Part shown: positions 57,539 through 64,000 of the stretch, piece by piece
Position numbering within the stretch: the stretch's first letter is position 1
Layout: the number at the start of each line of letters is the position of its first letter
DNA from: an uncultured Chloroflexia bacterium
Lineage (GTDB): Bacteria; Chloroflexota; Limnocylindria; QHBO01
Direction of reading: 5' to 3'
NCBI GenBank assembly: GCA_963822845.1
Contig: CAWGIY010000004.1
Coordinates: 218,850 to 282,849, forward strand
Length of the DNA: 64,000 nucleotides
Notes under the pieces: generated by a model
What the model saw: the letters and a program-made list of their open reading frames with translations, nothing else
The model's database searches: none
What the model was told of the DNA's origin: nothing
Position numbers and translations under genes: made by a program

Positions 57539-57654
57539 CGGGCCTCCTCGAGCTGCCCTCGATCGTCGACCGCCTCGATGGCGGAGCGCGCGAGCGCGCC
57601 GAGCGACTCCTGGATGTGCAGGTCGTGCGAGGGCGCACCGATCCGCCGCCGGAG

Positions 57655-58620
57655 ATGGCGGGCTGGCTGGAGCGGACGTTCGGTTCGGTCGAGGCGGTAC
57701 GTGAGCAAACGGTGGTGAAGGTCACGAACCTGGCGACCCAGGAGGCGACGATCTTCGCACCGCTGCGAGCCCGACGCCCGTTCGACCTCGCCGCGACGAG
57801 CGCCGATCTGGCGGCCGAGATCACGGCCACCGAGGGCGGCCCGTTCTGTCGGCCAGAGACCGACACGCCGGCCAACACGTTCGGGCGGGTGCGCGGCGCG
57901 CGTGTCGTCACCGGCGCCAACGCCGCGCTTGCCGATGCCCACCACGGTGTCATCGTCTTCGACCGGCACGACCCCCTCGACTTCGACGCCGAGCTCGTCG
58001 CCGACGTCCTGGCAACCGGCCGCACATGGGCCGACCGCGCGCGCCGGGACGATTCGATCGCGGGCAACTACTTCCTGTTGTGGAACTGCCTATGGCGGGC
58101 GGGCGGCTCGGTCGTGCACGGCCACGCGCAGGTGCTGCTCGGCAGAGGGCTGCACGTCGCGCGCCTCGAGCGGCTGCGACGAGACGTCGAGCGCTACCGT
58201 GCAGGGGCGGGAGCGGACCTCATCGCCGACATCGTCTCGCTCCACCGTGACCTCGGCCTCGTGCGCGACCTGGGCGACGTCGCACTGGTGGCCCACCTGA
58301 CGCCGGCCAAGGAGCGCGAGCTGCTGGTCGTGGGACCCGCAGGCAGCGACGAGCGCGAACCGTCGTTCGTCGACGCCGTGGCACGCACGCTCGCGGCCTA
58401 CCGCGATCGCGTCGGCGTGCGTTCGTTCAACCTTGCCCTCTGGCGACCGCCGCTCGGCGACGGCGCAGCGGCGTGGGCCTGGCTTCCGCCGATCGTCCAC
58501 ATCGTCGACCGTGGCGACCTGTCGCAGCGCTCGAGCGACATCGGCGCCATGGAGCTGTACGGCACCCCGATCGTGGCGAGCGACCCGTATGAGCTCCTCG
58601 CGTCGCTCGGCGGACCGTGA
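57655..58620 (+). CDS. galactose-1-phosphate uridylyltransferase-like HIT-superfamily protein (paralog 1)
   Basis: FAPLRARRPFD (cf. GalT SPHRAKRPW). HGHAQVL (HxHxQ). The N-terminus is uncertain: in-frame sequence continues upstream to a CTG at ~57535 or a GTG at 57619. Confidence 0.55.
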   Translation: MAGWLERTFGSVEAVREQTVVKVTNLATQEATIFAPLRARRPFDLAATSADLAAEITATEGGPFCRPETDTPANTFGRVRGARVVTGANAALADAHHGVIVFDRHDPLDFDAELVADVLATGRTWADRARRDDSIAGNYFLLWNCLWRAGGSVVHGHAQVLLGRGLHVARLERLRRDVERYRAGAGADLIADIVSLHRDLGLVRDLGDVALVAHLTPAKERELLVVGPAGSDEREPSFVDAVARTLAAYRDRVGVRSFNLALWRPPLGDGAAAWAWLPPIVHIVDRGDLSQRSSDIGAMELYGTPIVASDPYELLASLGGP

Positions 58621-58644
58621 TGACCCATCGGCTACGATGCCGCG

Positions 58645-59628
58645 GTGTTCGAGCTGCGGCGTGACCCGGTCACCGGCTGGTGGTCGGCGATCGTGGCCGA
58701 TCGGGCATTCCAGCGTGATGCGTTCGTCGTCGAGGCAAATCCGGTCGAGGGCACGCACTGCCGGCACTGCGACGAGGGTGGCGAGAACGATCCGCCACAC
58801 CTCGTCCGGCGCGTCGCGCTCCGCTCCCAGGCCTTCCACCGCATCGACTCGACCAAGGCAAGCGCGGCCCAGCTCAGCCTGAGCGAGGTCGAGCGGGCGA
58901 CGGGGGCGTGGGAGATCCTGGTCGGTCCACGGGAACACCACGAGCGATTGGCCGATGCCAGCCCGCAGCTGGCGGGGTCGCTGCTCCGCGCCGCCCGCGA
59001 CGCGATGCGTGACCTCGGAGCGCAGCCGCGGCCGAACGACGCCGAGGGGCGTCCGGAACCGCTCTATGTCCAGGTCGTCCAGAGCTACGGCATGCAGGCC
59101 GGGTCGCGCAGCTCGCACCTCAACCTCGAGCTCTACGCCATCCCGCAGGTCCCGCACTGGGTGGCCGAGGAGATCGGCGGCGGCGCGCGGCAGATGATCA
59201 AGAACCGCCGCTGCGTGTGGTGCGCGCTGGCCGAGGCCGAGGAGGAGCGCGGCGAGCGACTGATCCTGGCCGATCACCACGCCGTCGTCTTCTCGCCGGC
59301 CGCCAGCCGCTCGCCGTTCGAGATGATGGTCGTGCCCCGCCAGCACGGGTCGGACTTCACCGTCCTCGACGACGACGCCATTACCGATGCCGCCGCCACG
59401 CTCCAACGAACGCTCCACGCGCTGGACGCGCTCGGCGACCCACCCTATAACCTCTTCCTGCATACCGCACCCTCCGGCGAACGGCTCGACCAGACCTTCC
59501 ACTGGCACTGGGAGGTCCACCCGCGGCTGCGGGTGATCGCCGGGCTCGAGCGCGCCACCGCACTGGCGGTGAACCCCGCGACGCCCGAGTACGCTGCCGA
59601 GATTCTGCGCGAGCAGGTGCATCGGTAA
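58645..59628 (+). CDS. galactose-1-phosphate uridylyltransferase-like HIT-superfamily protein (paralog 2)
   Basis: GTG start. FELRRDPVTGWW, CRHCDEGGE (zinc/CxxC region), SHLNLE and FHWHWEVHP His motifs. Confidence 0.6.
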   Translation: MFELRRDPVTGWWSAIVADRAFQRDAFVVEANPVEGTHCRHCDEGGENDPPHLVRRVALRSQAFHRIDSTKASAAQLSLSEVERATGAWEILVGPREHHERLADASPQLAGSLLRAARDAMRDLGAQPRPNDAEGRPEPLYVQVVQSYGMQAGSRSSHLNLELYAIPQVPHWVAEEIGGGARQMIKNRRCVWCALAEAEEERGERLILADHHAVVFSPAASRSPFEMMVVPRQHGSDFTVLDDDAITDAAATLQRTLHALDALGDPPYNLFLHTAPSGERLDQTFHWHWEVHPRLRVIAGLERATALAVNPATPEYAAEILREQVHR

Positions 59629-59738
59629 CAGATGGGCGGCGGGGAGCGTCAGAGACCAGATTGCGGGGGCACGCGAATGCGGAGGACGAGGCGTTGTCGA
59701 TGGCCGTGCCCGACGGGCTTCCGTGGGGTGCCACCGAA

Positions 59739-60271
59739 ATGACCCGCCAGCCGTACGACGCCCGCGAGGCGGAGTTCGCGGCCATCTTCGAGGAGTTCTC
59801 GAGCCCGATCTACAACTACGTGCTGCGCATGGTCAACGACCACGACCGCGCCGCCGACATCACCCAGGACACGTTCATCAAGGCCTACCGCAAGCTCGAC
59901 ACCCTCAGCGAGACGACCTCCGTCCGATCGTGGCTCTACCGCATCGCCACGAACACCGCGATCGACGACATGCGTCGCCGTCGCAACGTGACCACCATGA
60001 GCGACGACCAACCCACCTTCGCGAACCGAGCCGACGCCCGCCCGGGCCCCGAGGCCCAGGTCATGGCCGCAACCCTCGACGAGCGGGTGCAGCGGGCGCT
60101 CATGAGCCTGCGCCCGAACCACCGCCAGTGCCTGCTGCTCAGCGACCTCGAGGACATGAGCGCGCAGCAGATCGGTGAGGTGATGGGCATGTCGTACGGC
60201 GCGGTGCGCACGCTCCTGTGCCGCGCCCGCGGTGAGATGCGTCGCGCCCTGGCGGCCGAGGGCTTCGCCCG

Positions 60272-60275
<4 letters not shown>
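59739..60275 (+). CDS. ECF-family RNA polymerase sigma factor
   Basis: The ORF starts at 59661; the likely start is MTRQPYDAREAEFAAIFEEF at 59739. Region 2 DITQDTFIKAYRKL. Region 4 MSAQQIGEVMGMSYGAVRTLL. Confidence 0.85.
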
Positions 60276-63630
<3,355 letters not shown>

Positions 63631-63634
<4 letters not shown>

Positions 63635-64000
63635 GCTTCGGGCTCCTGACCGATGCACCCGCCTCGTTCACCGTGGTCGGCGCCCGGGTGATCGACCCGT
63701 CGGACGGGACCGATGCGGTCCGAGACGTTGCCGTGGTTGACGGGCGCATCTCCGCCGAGGCGGACCCGGCCGCCGAGCGGCTCGACGGGCGCGGCCTCGT
63801 GCTCGCGCCGGGCCTGTGTGACCTGCACACCCACCTTCGCGAGCCCGGCGGCGAGACCGCCGAGACGGTCGCCAGCGGCACGCGCGCCGCGGCGCGCGGC
63901 GGCTTCACCACTGTCTGCGCGATGCCGAACACCGATCCGCCGCTCGACTCACCCGCATCGGTGGCCTCCGCCGCTTCCGTGGATGGTGCATGCCGGGTGC
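63631..64000 (+). CDS. pyrC: dihydroorotase (5' part; continues beyond the window end)
   Basis: ATGA overlap with pyr[17 protein letters not shown] metal-binding HxH motif. No stop before 64000. Confidence 0.8.

Overview
64 kb of very high-GC (about 70%+) chromosome, probably Actinobacteria-type (Thermoleophilia/Rubrobacteria-like codon usage). Most long ORFs in the six-frame track are antisense or out-of-frame GC artefacts, and long Arg-rich N-terminal extensions before the real starts are common. I support about 65 protein genes and one tRNA (Gly-CCC). Genes are densely packed, with many ATGA/GTGA stop-start overlaps. Housekeeping content: gltX, upp, mdh-gltA, a metB-type PLP enzyme, mmsA, a cysteine-synthase family enzyme, lgt, a complete suf Fe-S operon (sufB-sufD-Rieske-Rrf2-sufC-sufS-sufU-rhodanese-JAMM), rsgA, and pyrR-pyrB-pyrC' with a PyrR RNA motif. 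Accessory content is protease-rich: two large S8 peptidases (one carrying three SLH-like repeats), M20, M24, two M28 lipoproteins, an SGNH hydrolase and two Kelch lipoproteins. There are three ECF sigma/anti-sigma pairs, each with a different extracytoplasmic domain: S41-peptidase-like, a Gly/Pro 'NSGPG' repeat tail, and a zinc-finger anti-sigma (ZAS) domain plus a TolB-like propeller. The most unusual item is a small signal-peptide protein whose predicted mature N-terminus is Cys-Ser-Cys, with Cys spacing and an EEWLVIA motif matching the N-terminal domain of metazoan TIMPs (N-TIMP/NTR fold), tethered by a C-terminal TM helix. Other notable points: an Fe-S type Rrf2 regulator inside the suf operon with an IscR-type-1-like palindrome upstream of sufB; mdh carrying two +1 frameshifts beside an intact gltA; a multiply frameshifted ExeM/NucH-like nuclease at the window start; an ECF sigma whose conserved N-terminus has only CTG as a possible start after a strong RBS; and several strong hairpins or palindromes in intergenic regions. 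No CRISPR, integrase, transposase or recognisable defence system was seen.
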